Positions 30,226 through 38,531 of a stretch of DNA of 64,000 bases are shown here, piece after piece. The position numbers were made by a program, and so were the translations under genes. This stretch comes from an uncultured delta proteobacterium. GTDB taxonomy: Bacteria > Myxococcota_A > Polyangia > Haliangiales > Haliangiaceae. The notes under the pieces were generated by a model. That model saw nothing but the letters and a program-made list of their open reading frames with translations, was not told where the DNA came from and made no database searches. The first letter of the stretch is position 1. Each line of letters starts with the position of its first letter. The DNA is taken from assembly GCA_963848295.1 (NCBI GenBank), contig CAWKDB010000010.1, positions 608,001 to 672,000 on the forward strand, written 5' to 3'.

Positions 30226-30287
30226 CGCTAACTGCGCCATTTGCCGTGGGCCGGATCGAGCACGGCCGTTAGAACCCGTTCGGGACC

Positions 30288-30301
30288 TGACGCTGGTGTC
30301 A
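30288..30301. promoter_or_regulatory. Inverted repeat TGAC-N6-GTCA, putative bEBP binding site (copy B)
   Basis: TGACGCTGGTGTCA, 63 nt from the promoter. Confidence 0.6.
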
Positions 30302-30329
30302 CATCCGCGACGCTCAGCGATCTCGTAAC

Positions 30330-30596
30330 TCAGCGCTTCTGCGCTTGTTTCAAGACGATGAACTCGGCGAGGTGCTGGACCGAACGAAAGGCGTCACGGG
30401 TCTCTTGGTCTTGGCTGACCTCGACGCCGTACTTCTTGGAGATCGCGGTCGCGAGCTCGAGCGCGTCGATCGAATCGAGGTTCAGTCCGGCACCGAACAG
30501 CGCGTCGGTGTCGGAGATCTTGCCGGGGTCGACATCCGAGAGCTGGAGCGCTTCGACGATGAGCTGTTTGATCTCTTGGTGCAGGTTCGTGGTCAC
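30330..30596 (-). CDS. Acyl carrier protein 1 (ApeE-like)
   Basis: LFGAGLNLDSIDALEL motif. Confidence 0.92.
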   Translation of the reverse strand: MTTNLHQEIKQLIVEALQLSDVDPGKISDTDALFGAGLNLDSIDALELATAISKKYGVEVSQDQETRDAFRSVQHLAEFIVLKQAQKR

Positions 30597-31429
30597 TGAG
30601 CGTCTCCGACAGCGTGCGGCGCGTCCGCCACATCAGCTGGGGCAGGATATCCCAACACATCGCGGTAGCGCTGCTCGATCTCGCGACACAACGTCCGGCT
30701 ATCGGCAGCGGGGTCGGGCTCGATCGTGGCGAACGGCTCGATGGTCAGCACTGCCATCCGGTCCGCGATCCGCCAGATCGGCAGCCGTTTCGACAATGCG
30801 GAGGGCACGCATGTGAGCTTCAGCAACACGATCGGCACATTCGCGCGCGCCGCGAGCTCGAACGCGCCGCGATGAAACGCGTGGAGGCCGCCGATCGGCG
30901 AGCGGGTGCCCTCGGGGAACACGAGCACGTCGAAGCCCATCGCGAGCCGCTCCTGGCAATCGCGGATCATGTGGATACCGGTCGGCACCAGGCCGGTCCG
31001 CCGGACCGCCCGCCTCAGCAACGGATTCGCCCCGAAGCTCGGGCGTGCGATCGCGACGACATCGGGAAACAGCGCGACGACCGACGTGACATCGCACAGC
31101 GTCGGGTGGTTCGCGACAAACACGACCGGGGTCTTGCCCGGGCGCAGCGCCTTGACCGGGCTCGTCGTGTGGTAGAGCCGCAGCGTGCGCATCCACCAGT
31201 GAAAGAACCAAAAGCCGTGGCGCATGCTGCGGTGGGCTCGGTGCATCTTCTCGACCGGAGTTCCCGGCCAGAGCAAGACGATCGGCAGCCAGAGCCAGGC
31301 CAGCGCGACCACCCCAGACCAGAACCCGGCGAAGCACAAAGCGACGCCGATCGTGCGGACGCCGCGATACAGCCAGTAGATCGGCGCCGGCAGCAGCGCC
31401 TTGAACGGATACAGCGGCTCGGCTGCCAT
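30593..31429 (-). CDS. Lysophospholipid acyltransferase (ApeD-like)
   Basis: NHPTLCD (HX4D), FPEGTRS, F-x-RGA. Confidence 0.9.
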   Translation of the reverse strand: MAAEPLYPFKALLPAPIYWLYRGVRTIGVALCFAGFWSGVVALAWLWLPIVLLWPGTPVEKMHRAHRSMRHGFWFFHWWMRTLRLYHTTSPVKALRPGKTPVVFVANHPTLCDVTSVVALFPDVVAIARPSFGANPLLRRAVRRTGLVPTGIHMIRDCQERLAMGFDVLVFPEGTRSPIGGLHAFHRGAFELAARANVPIVLLKLTCVPSALSKRLPIWRIADRMAVLTIEPFATIEPDPAADSRTLCREIEQRYRDVLGYPAPADVADAPHAVGDAQ

Positions 31430-32244
31430 CAGCTCCCGCTCGCTCCCGCTCGCTCGCCGGCGCCGGCCGTGACGTCGCCGAGCGCCACGCAGCGCAACCC
31501 GCGCGTCTCGCAGGTCGCGAGGATCGTCTCGAGGGCCGCCAGCGTCGGCGCGCGATCACTGCTCCCCCCGAGACCGGTGCCGTCGTGCAGCGTGACGATC
31601 GCTCCGGGTGCGAGGTGCTTGGCGATGCGCGCGACGATCGCCTCCGCCGTGGTCGCGAGCGAGTCGAGGCCGCGCACCGACCACGTCACACACGTCAGGC
31701 CGGTCGTGCGGCTCCAGCCCCAGGCGAAGCACGGCGTACGCAAGCCTTGCGGCGGGCGAAACAGCGTCGGCGAGGTCGGCAGGATCTCGGCGACGACCGC
31801 GATCGCCTCCTCGATCTCGCGCTGGACGTACGTCGGGCTGCCGAAATGAAACCGCAGGCGATGGTGCTGGGTGTGCGTGCCGACCGCGTGCCCGTCGCGA
31901 TACATGCGCAGGATCAGCTCGGGGTGGCGTTGCGCGCGCTCGCCGAGCACGAAGAACGTGGCCCGCGCGTGATGAGCGGCGAGCAGGTCGAGGATCTGCG
32001 CGGTGAACACCGGATCCGGTCCATCGTCGAAGGTCAGCGCGACGATCGGCTCGGCGGTCTCGAGCCGGCTGACGACCGGCGCGAAGAACTGACTGCTCGG
32101 ATACGCGATCGCGTAGGTCAGAAACCCGATCGCGGCGAGCGCGACGGCGACCGCACCGAGCACGCCCCAGCGACCCGGCAACACCCACAGCAGCGTCAGC
32201 GCGGCGCCGATCGCGAGCGCTTTTATGACCAACGCTTTCAGCAC
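31429..32244 (-). CDS. Membrane-anchored polysaccharide deacetylase (NodB/CE4)
   Basis: LTFDDGP, H-x-x-x-H, FRPP-x-G, LHD. Confidence 0.92.
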   Translation of the reverse strand: MLKALVIKALAIGAALTLLWVLPGRWGVLGAVAVALAAIGFLTYAIAYPSSQFFAPVVSRLETAEPIVALTFDDGPDPVFTAQILDLLAAHHARATFFVLGERAQRHPELILRMYRDGHAVGTHTQHHRLRFHFGSPTYVQREIEEAIAVVAEILPTSPTLFRPPQGLRTPCFAWGWSRTTGLTCVTWSVRGLDSLATTAEAIVARIAKHLAPGAIVTLHDGTGLGGSSDRAPTLAALETILATCETRGLRCVALGDVTAGAGERAGASGS

Positions 32245-32251
32245 CGACCGC

Positions 32252-33475
32252 TCATATCGCGGAGACGACGAGACTCGTATTGATGCCGCCGAACGCGAAC
32301 TTGTTGCACAGGATCCGGTTCAGCTTCGCCGACCGCGCCTCGCCCCTGACGTAGTCGAGCGGCGCGCACTGCTTGTCGACGTGCTCGAGGTTGCGGGTCG
32401 GCGCGATCCATCCCTCGCGCAACATCGCGATCGACAGCGCGAGCTCGATGCCGCCGCACGCGCCGAGCGTGTGGCCGAGGTGGCCCTTGAGCGAGCTCAC
32501 CGGCGCGCGATCGCCGAACAGCTTGTACGTTGCCTGGCTCTCGACGATGTCGCCGATCGTCGTGCCGGTCGCGTGCGCGTTGACGTAGTCGATCGTCTCC
32601 GGGCCGCACTGCGCGGACTTCAACGCGGCCACCATCGCGCCGTGCATGCCGTCCGCCGACGGGTTCGTGACGTGCGTGCCGTCGCAGTTCGTGCCGAACC
32701 CGGTGATCTCGGCGTAGATGTGCTTGCCCAGCCGCTTCGCGCGCTCGTACTCCTCGAGCACGAGCGTGCCGGCGCCCTCGCCGATCACGAGGCCGTCGCG
32801 ACGCTGATCGAACGGCCGCGGCGTGAGCTCGGGCGTCGCGTTGAACGCCTTGCTCGCGGCGTGCAGCATGTCGAACACGCCGACGTGGCTGAAGTGTAGC
32901 TCTTCGGAGCCGCCGCACACCATGACGTCGGCGAGCCCGACGCCGATCGTCTCGTAGCCCTGGCCGAGCGCCTGGGTCGCGCTGACGCAAGCCGCCGACG
33001 TGCACAACACCCGACCGTGGACGCCGAAATAGATCGCGAGGTTCGCCGCGGTCGTGTGGCTCATGAACTTGAGATAGAGCGTCGCGGACATCCCGAGGAA
33101 GCTGCGCTGCGCCACGAGCTTCTTGACCCAGTCTTCGTTCGCCTGCGACGAGCCGTGCGTGCTGCCGTAGGCCAGGCCGATCGTGCCATCGGCGAACTCG
33201 TCGGCGGTGAGGCCCGCGTCGTCGACCGCGATCTTCGTCGCGACCGCCGCGAGCTGAGCGACCCGGCCCATCGTGCGCGCCGCCTTGTGCGGGATCTCGA
33301 GCGCGGTCGGAATCGCGACGGGTGCCGCGACGCGCGGCGCGAAGTGACCGATGCCGTCCCACTCGGGCATCGCCTTGATGCCGTGGTCGTTCGCGCGCAG
33401 CCGCGCCGCGGCCTGGGTCAGGTCACAGCCCAACGGGCTCGCAATGCCGATTCCGGTGACGACGACCCGCCTCAT
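32252..33475 (-). CDS. Beta-ketoacyl-ACP synthase (ApeR-like)
   Basis: RRVVVTG, SAAC, HATGT, GHTLGACG, FAFGGIN. Confidence 0.93.
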   Translation of the reverse strand: MRRVVVTGIGIASPLGCDLTQAAARLRANDHGIKAMPEWDGIGHFAPRVAAPVAIPTALEIPHKAARTMGRVAQLAAVATKIAVDDAGLTADEFADGTIGLAYGSTHGSSQANEDWVKKLVAQRSFLGMSATLYLKFMSHTTAANLAIYFGVHGRVLCTSAACVSATQALGQGYETIGVGLADVMVCGGSEELHFSHVGVFDMLHAASKAFNATPELTPRPFDQRRDGLVIGEGAGTLVLEEYERAKRLGKHIYAEITGFGTNCDGTHVTNPSADGMHGAMVAALKSAQCGPETIDYVNAHATGTTIGDIVESQATYKLFGDRAPVSSLKGHLGHTLGACGGIELALSIAMLREGWIAPTRNLEHVDKQCAPLDYVRGEARSAKLNRILCNKFAFGGINTSLVVSAI

Positions 33476-33477
33476 CG

Positions 33478-34197
33478 TTAGAGTCCTCCTGCGATCGATA
33501 ACACCTGGCCGGTCATATACGCTGATTTGTCGTCGACGAGATAGGCGACGAGGTCGGCGACTTCTTGGGCCGTCCCCATCCGCTTCATCGGGATGTGCTT
33601 GAGGATCTCTTCGATCGGCGAGCCCGCGACCATCTCGGTGTCGATCAGGCCGGGAGCCACCGCGTTCACCGTGATGTTTCGGCTCGCGAGCTCGATCGCC
33701 AACGCCTTGGTCGCGCCGATCAGCCCCGCCTTCGCCGCCGAATAGTTCACTTGCCCGCGATTGCCGTGGACGCCGGAGAAGCTCGCCATGTTGATGATCC
33801 GGCCCCAGCGCCTGCGCACCATCGGCATGATCAGAGGTTGCGTCACGTGGAAGAACCCGTCGAGCGACGTGTCGATCACGCTGTGCCACGCGTCACGCGA
33901 GATGGCGGGAAACGGCGCGTCGGCGACGACGCCGGCGTTGTTGACCACGATGTGGATCTCGGTCTCGGCGAGCAGCTGCTCGATCGCGGCCTTGGCCTCT
34001 TCGCCGTCCTTGACGTCGAACTGGGAGACCCAGATCTTGCCGCCGAGCGCGCGCAGCTCGGACGCGAGCGCATCGGCCGCGGCGCGCTGGTGCACGCACG
34101 TCAGGACCAGATCGAGCTGTTGGGTCGCGAGCGTGCGCGCGATCGCCGCGCCGATGCCGCGGCTCGCTCCGGTGATCAGCGCGACCTTGCGGGTCAC
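33478..34197 (-). CDS. fabG: 3-oxoacyl-ACP reductase (ApeQ-like)
   Basis: TGASRGIG, NNAG, GNRGQVNYSAAK. Confidence 0.93.
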   Translation of the reverse strand: MTRKVALITGASRGIGAAIARTLATQQLDLVLTCVHQRAAADALASELRALGGKIWVSQFDVKDGEEAKAAIEQLLAETEIHIVVNNAGVVADAPFPAISRDAWHSVIDTSLDGFFHVTQPLIMPMVRRRWGRIINMASFSGVHGNRGQVNYSAAKAGLIGATKALAIELASRNITVNAVAPGLIDTEMVAGSPIEEILKHIPMKRMGTAQEVADLVAYLVDDKSAYMTGQVLSIAGGL

Positions 34198-34658
34198 CGC
34201 GCGGCCTCTGCGAGCTGGGCTTGCACCTCGGCGAGCGTCGCGTCGACCACGGATAGGTGAATCGTCGCGCACAGCGCGTCGCGGCGGTGCACGGTGCCCA
34301 CGAACGCCGCGAGCTGGGTCTGGCCGAACACCTTGTTGACCGTGATCACGAGGTCGTCGCCGACCGCGAAGCTGTCGATGTCGAACGCGACCTCGCGGCA
34401 GCCAATGATCAGGCCGAGCTTCGGCGGGTTGCCCGCGCGCGAGGCACGGACGCCGACCGCGATCGCGCAGACCTGCGCGACGAGCTCGATCATCGCGCTC
34501 GGATGAACCTGGCCGTCGATCGCGAACACGCAGTCGGGGTGGATCGTCGTCCGGCACACGATGCGATCGCCGACCATCTCGACGACCTCGTCGATCAACA
34601 GCATCGGCGGGCGATGCGGCAGGTAGTCGGCGACCGGACCGAACGAGGCGGCGGTCAT
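34194..34658 (-). CDS. Hotdog-fold dehydratase (ApeP-like)
   Basis: LPHRPPMLLID, IE-x-x-AQ. Confidence 0.88.
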   Translation of the reverse strand: MTAASFGPVADYLPHRPPMLLIDEVVEMVGDRIVCRTTIHPDCVFAIDGQVHPSAMIELVAQVCAIAVGVRASRAGNPPKLGLIIGCREVAFDIDSFAVGDDLVITVNKVFGQTQLAAFVGTVHRRDALCATIHLSVVDATLAEVQAQLAEAAR

Positions 34659-35437
34659 CCGCGCCCGCCTTCACCGAACCGCAGCTCGAGCACCGCGCCG
34701 GGTTGGATCCGGCCCAGCGGGATCGTCGCGGCGCGGTCGGTCGCGATCGCGTCGACGATGGACGCGAGCGTCGCGAGCGTATCGATCTCCACGTCGTCGG
34801 TCGCCGGTGCGACGACGAGCTCGATGCGTGGACCGGGGCCTGCTGGCGACAGCACGAACGCCGCGGCGACGCCGACCGGCTGCGTCGGCCCGCGAAACAC
34901 CGCCGGCACCGGCTCGTCGGCGATGCTGAGCAACACGCGGCCTCCATCGAGTGCGGTCAGCGCGGCCTCGAGCCAGCCGGCGGCGATCGCGTTGCTGCCG
35001 GTGACCGTCGTCGTCGGTGCGCTATCGCCGAGCGCGACCGAGTACACACCCGATGGCGTGTTGTGCACGCTGAGCGCGAACCGCGCCGAGCTGACGTGCT
35101 GCGAGTCGCGAAAGTCCGCGATCAGGTTTTCGGCGGTCTCGATCTCGCCGTGGCAGGTCGCGAACACCGCCGCGGCGGCGCCGGTCGGCTGGACCGCACC
35201 GCACACCTCGAGGTGCATCTGAGTGACCAGGCTCGTGAAGCGCCGCGCCCGGGCCACCACGAGCGGGAACGTCGGCGCGGTGCGCTCGCGCACGCGCCCG
35301 GCCAGGACGTCCTGCGCCGACGCGTGATGCGTCGAGAACAAGCTCGAGCTCGCGATGTAGACCGAGCCGATCGATCGAACCGCACTGCCATTCGGCGGCG
35401 CTGCTGACCGAGCACGGGTCCCGGTCATCGCGGTCAC
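34655..35437 (-). CDS. Ketosynthase chain-length factor (ApeC-like)
   Basis: RR-x-(T/S), F-x-x-x-HGE, S-x-x-x-F-x-x-SVHN; no catalytic Cys. Confidence 0.82.
   Translation of the reverse strand: MTAMTGTRARSAAPPNGSAVRSIGSVYIASSSLFSTHHASAQDVLAGRVRERTAPTFPLVVARARRFTSLVTQMHLEVCGAVQPTGAAAAVFATCHGEIETAENLIADFRDSQHVSSARFALSVHNTPSGVYSVALGDSAPTTTVTGSNAIAAGWLEAALTALDGGRVLLSIADEPVPAVFRGPTQPVGVAAAFVLSPAGPGPRIELVVAPATDDVEIDTLATLASIVDAIATDRAATIPLGRIQPGAVLELRFGEGGRG
35370..35430 (+). repeat. In-frame double-hairpin element in the 5' end of the CLF gene (antisense orientation)
   Basis: CCGCACTGCCATTCGGC (35380-35396) is identical to the minus strand at 38709-38725; second stem TGACCG/CGGTCA; ATCG direct repeats 57 nt apart. 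Confidence 0.7.
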
Positions 35438-36627
35438 GATCGCCTCGCCGTCGGCGCCGACACGACCACGCTCGCGTTGCTGCCGCCGAAGCCGAACGCG
35501 TTGACCAGCACGTGGTGGAGCCGCGCAGCGGTGCGCGTGTCGACGACCGCCATGCCGAGCGTGTCGTCGACCGGGGCGAGCCGCAGCGTCGCGGGAATCT
35601 CCTGGCGCCGCAGTGACTCGATCGCGAGCACGAGCGCGGTCAACCCGGCCGAGCCGAGCGTGTGCCCGGTCAGGCTCTTCGTCGCGGTCAGCGGCACGCG
35701 GCGCTCGAACACCCGGGTCACCGCGGCCGCTTCGGCCGCATCGTTGAGCTTCGTGCCCGTGCCGTGCGCGCTGACGTAGTCGATCTCGTTCGGCGTGAGG
35801 CCCGCGCGATCGAGCGCCTGGCGCATGCACAGCTGGCCGCCGAGCCCTTCCGGATGCGGGCTCGTGTGATGAAACGCGTCCGACGCCGCGCCGATCCCCG
35901 ACACGCGAGCGATCGCCCGCCGCGCGGTCGCTTCGTTCTCGCGCTCGATCACGACATACGCCGAGCCCTCGCCGAGCGTGAGGCCGGCGCGATCGCGCGC
36001 GAACGGCCGAGTCGCGGTCGGCGCGGTCAAGCCGAGGCTATGGAAGCCGAACACCGTCGTCCGGCACAGCGAATCGGCGCTGCCGACCACGACCGCGTCG
36101 GCGAGCCCGCGCTCGATCAACCGCGCCGCCGAGGCCAGCGCCTTGAAGCTCGACGAGCACGCGGTCGAGATCGCCATCGCGATGCCGGTCACCCCGAGGT
36201 AGTCCGCGATCGCGGCGGAGGTCGCGTCGATCGCGTGATCGGCGTAGCGATATTCGCTCCCCGAGATCGCGAGCCGCGGATCCGGTGCGAGCGTGCGCTC
36301 GGTCTCTTCGAGCCCACCGGTCGAGCTCGCGAACACGTACGCGACTCGGCTCGCGCCCCAGCGCTCGACCGCCGCGCGCGCCGCCGGGCGGAGCTGGGCG
36401 ACCGACGCGAACGCGACCGCCGCCTGGCGCGTCGGCGTGCAGGAGAGTCGATGCTCGACCGGCGACGCCGGCATGACGCCGAGCACCGTCGCGAACGGGA
36501 ACGCGTGAAGCTCGGCCGCCGGAGAGAACGCATCGGCGCCGCTGAACGCGCGCTCGAACGCGGTCGCGTTGTCCATGCCAAGGCAATTCGCGATCGCCGC
36601 GCCGGTAATCGGATAGCCCGCGGTCAC
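35434..36627 (-). CDS. Beta-ketoacyl-ACP synthase (ApeO-like)
   Basis: STACSSS, HGTGT-x-x-ND, K-x-x-x-GHTLG, NAFGFGGSN. Confidence 0.92.
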   Translation of the reverse strand: MTAGYPITGAAIANCLGMDNATAFERAFSGADAFSPAAELHAFPFATVLGVMPASPVEHRLSCTPTRQAAVAFASVAQLRPAARAAVERWGASRVAYVFASSTGGLEETERTLAPDPRLAISGSEYRYADHAIDATSAAIADYLGVTGIAMAISTACSSSFKALASAARLIERGLADAVVVGSADSLCRTTVFGFHSLGLTAPTATRPFARDRAGLTLGEGSAYVVIERENEATARRAIARVSGIGAASDAFHHTSPHPEGLGGQLCMRQALDRAGLTPNEIDYVSAHGTGTKLNDAAEAAAVTRVFERRVPLTATKSLTGHTLGSAGLTALVLAIESLRRQEIPATLRLAPVDDTLGMAVVDTRTAARLHHVLVNAFGFGGSNASVVVSAPTARRS

Positions 36628-37877
36628 GAGCGGCCTGCGGCGTTGGCCGGTCGGCACAGCTCCGCTAGCGCCGCGAGTCGGCGCCGCGACTGCGGCCCGT
36701 TGTAAGGGTTCTTGGGATCCCAGACGTAGCCGCCGAGCACCGAGCAGATCATGCGGTAGATCTCCGGCGACTTGTTCGGATGGAAGATCACGTCCTGAAA
36801 CGTGGCGTCGTACCAAGCGCGGACGAAGGTGCGGAACGTCTCGACGCCGAACATCAGCGGCTCGGAGAAGTCGCGCTGCCAATCGACGGCCTCGCCCTTG
36901 AACCGACGATCGAGCGTCTCGGCGGCGAGCTTCGCCGACTGCAGCGCGATCGTGACGCCCGACGAGAACACAGGATCGAGGAACTCGGCGGCGTTGCCGA
37001 GCAGCGCGAACCCCGGGCCGTGCAGGGTCGAGACGTTTGCCGCGAACCCCGCGATCTCGGCGACCGGCCGGATCATCTCCGCATGCTTCAACAGCTCGCG
37101 CAGCTTTGGCTCGGCTCGAACCAGCCCCCACAGCCGTTCCTCGTCGCTGCCCGTACCTGGCTTGAAATGGTCGGGTGGCGCGACGATGCCGAGCGAGCAC
37201 GTGCCATTCGCGAACGGAATCAACCACGACCAGACATCGCGCCGGGCCGGGGCGATGCCGACGCGGATCTTCTGGCGGTCGAACGCGCCGGACACGATGC
37301 GGTCGCGAACGTGCGTGAACCGCGCCGCACGGACCGGAAAGTCCGACGGCTTCTCGAGATCGAGCAGGCGCGCCAACGTCCGGCCAAAGCCGCTGGCATC
37401 GAGCACGAACTTCGGGCGATGGATCTCGACCTCGCCGCCCTCGGTCCTCGACGTGACGATCGGCCGCTCGCCGGTGACGTCGACCGCGGTGATCGCCACG
37501 CCGTGACGCACGGTCGCGCCGAACCGTTGCGCTTCGCTCGCCAAGATTTGATCGAACTCGGCGCGCGCGACCTGGAACGTGAAGCCGAGGCCGGGGCTGA
37601 TCTTCGCGCCGAAGTTGAACTCGGCGTGCTGATCCTCGAAGTCGAACGCGGCACCGTTCTTGTACTGAAAGCCGCCCGCGATGACCGCGTCGAGCATGCC
37701 GGCCTCGAGCAGGAGCTGCGCGCCGTACGCGAGCAAGCTCTCGCCGATCGAGAACCGCGGAAACAACTGGCGCTCGAGGACCAGCACATGATAGCCGCGC
37801 TGCGCGAGCAACGCCGCCGCCATCGAGCCCGACGGACCTGCGCCGATGACCAGCACATCTGGAGCAACAACAGCCAT
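36624..37877 (-). CDS. FAD-dependent halogenase-like oxidoreductase
   Basis: GAGPSG, FPRFSIGESL, WSWLIP (WxWxIP), GNAAEFLDPVFSSG. Confidence 0.85.
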   Translation of the reverse strand: MAVVAPDVLVIGAGPSGSMAAALLAQRGYHVLVLERQLFPRFSIGESLLAYGAQLLLEAGMLDAVIAGGFQYKNGAAFDFEDQHAEFNFGAKISPGLGFTFQVARAEFDQILASEAQRFGATVRHGVAITAVDVTGERPIVTSRTEGGEVEIHRPKFVLDASGFGRTLARLLDLEKPSDFPVRAARFTHVRDRIVSGAFDRQKIRVGIAPARRDVWSWLIPFANGTCSLGIVAPPDHFKPGTGSDEERLWGLVRAEPKLRELLKHAEMIRPVAEIAGFAANVSTLHGPGFALLGNAAEFLDPVFSSGVTIALQSAKLAAETLDRRFKGEAVDWQRDFSEPLMFGVETFRTFVRAWYDATFQDVIFHPNKSPEIYRMICSVLGGYVWDPKNPYNGPQSRRRLAALAELCRPANAAGRS

Positions 37878-37883
37878 GAGGCT

Positions 37884-38477
37884 CTAGTCTTCCGACGAGC
37901 CGTTCGCTGCGGCGGCTTCGGCCGGTGCTAGTGCATGCGCGAAGTCTTCGTCGTCGAGCAGCTGCGAAGTGGCGTCCTCGAGCGCGCTCGATAGCGCCTC
38001 GTTGAAGTTCTCCGGGCTGTGGGTGTGGCCGAACTTGTGGCTCGTCCCGAGGTAGGTCTTGGACCACACCGGATCGTTCGGACCGCGATGCACGAGCACG
38101 TGCAGCCGCGCGGTGCCGCGGAACATGTTGCCCTCGACGACCTTGAACTCGGTGAGCTCGGTCGCCACGCCCATCACCGGCGGATCGCGCAGCCGCGCGC
38201 CGGCGTTCTCGAGCATCTCGCCGACCCGCGTGCTCGCGAAGTGGCCGACGTTGTCTTTCGTCCGGACGACGAACCCGCTGTCCTCGTACGTCCCGATCGC
38301 GGACGGATCGGGCCGGAGGTCGCGCAGCTCGAAGGTGATCGGCGTGGCCGCGAGGGCCTGTGCGACCTCCGAGCTTGGATGGGGCGAATCGTCCCCGCGC
38401 CACGACAGAGGAAGGTTCTCGATTTGACCTGCGCCGCACGCGGAGGCCACGACTAGTGCGATTGGGAAGAGCCGCAT
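37884..38477 (-). CDS. Lipoprotein (possibly YajG-like), probable first gene of the APE operon
   Basis: Lipobox ASAC; D-x-R motif; ends 6 nt before the halogenase-like gene. Confidence 0.65.
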   Translation of the reverse strand: MRLFPIALVVASACGAGQIENLPLSWRGDDSPHPSSEVAQALAATPITFELRDLRPDPSAIGTYEDSGFVVRTKDNVGHFASTRVGEMLENAGARLRDPPVMGVATELTEFKVVEGNMFRGTARLHVLVHRGPNDPVWSKTYLGTSHKFGHTHSPENFNEALSSALEDATSQLLDDEDFAHALAPAEAAAANGSSED

Positions 38478-38531
38478 AGTGGCCAACCCATACCACACGT
38501 TGTTGGATTTGAACGGGTTTTTTGAAGCTCG

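Noticed and set aside
31432..31457. GCTCCCGCTC tandem at the deacetylase C-terminus, and a partial GCGCTGCCGAGCGCGGG match near 13144-13170, as further element copies
   Set aside because: Too short or low-complexity to assign to the hairpin family by eye.
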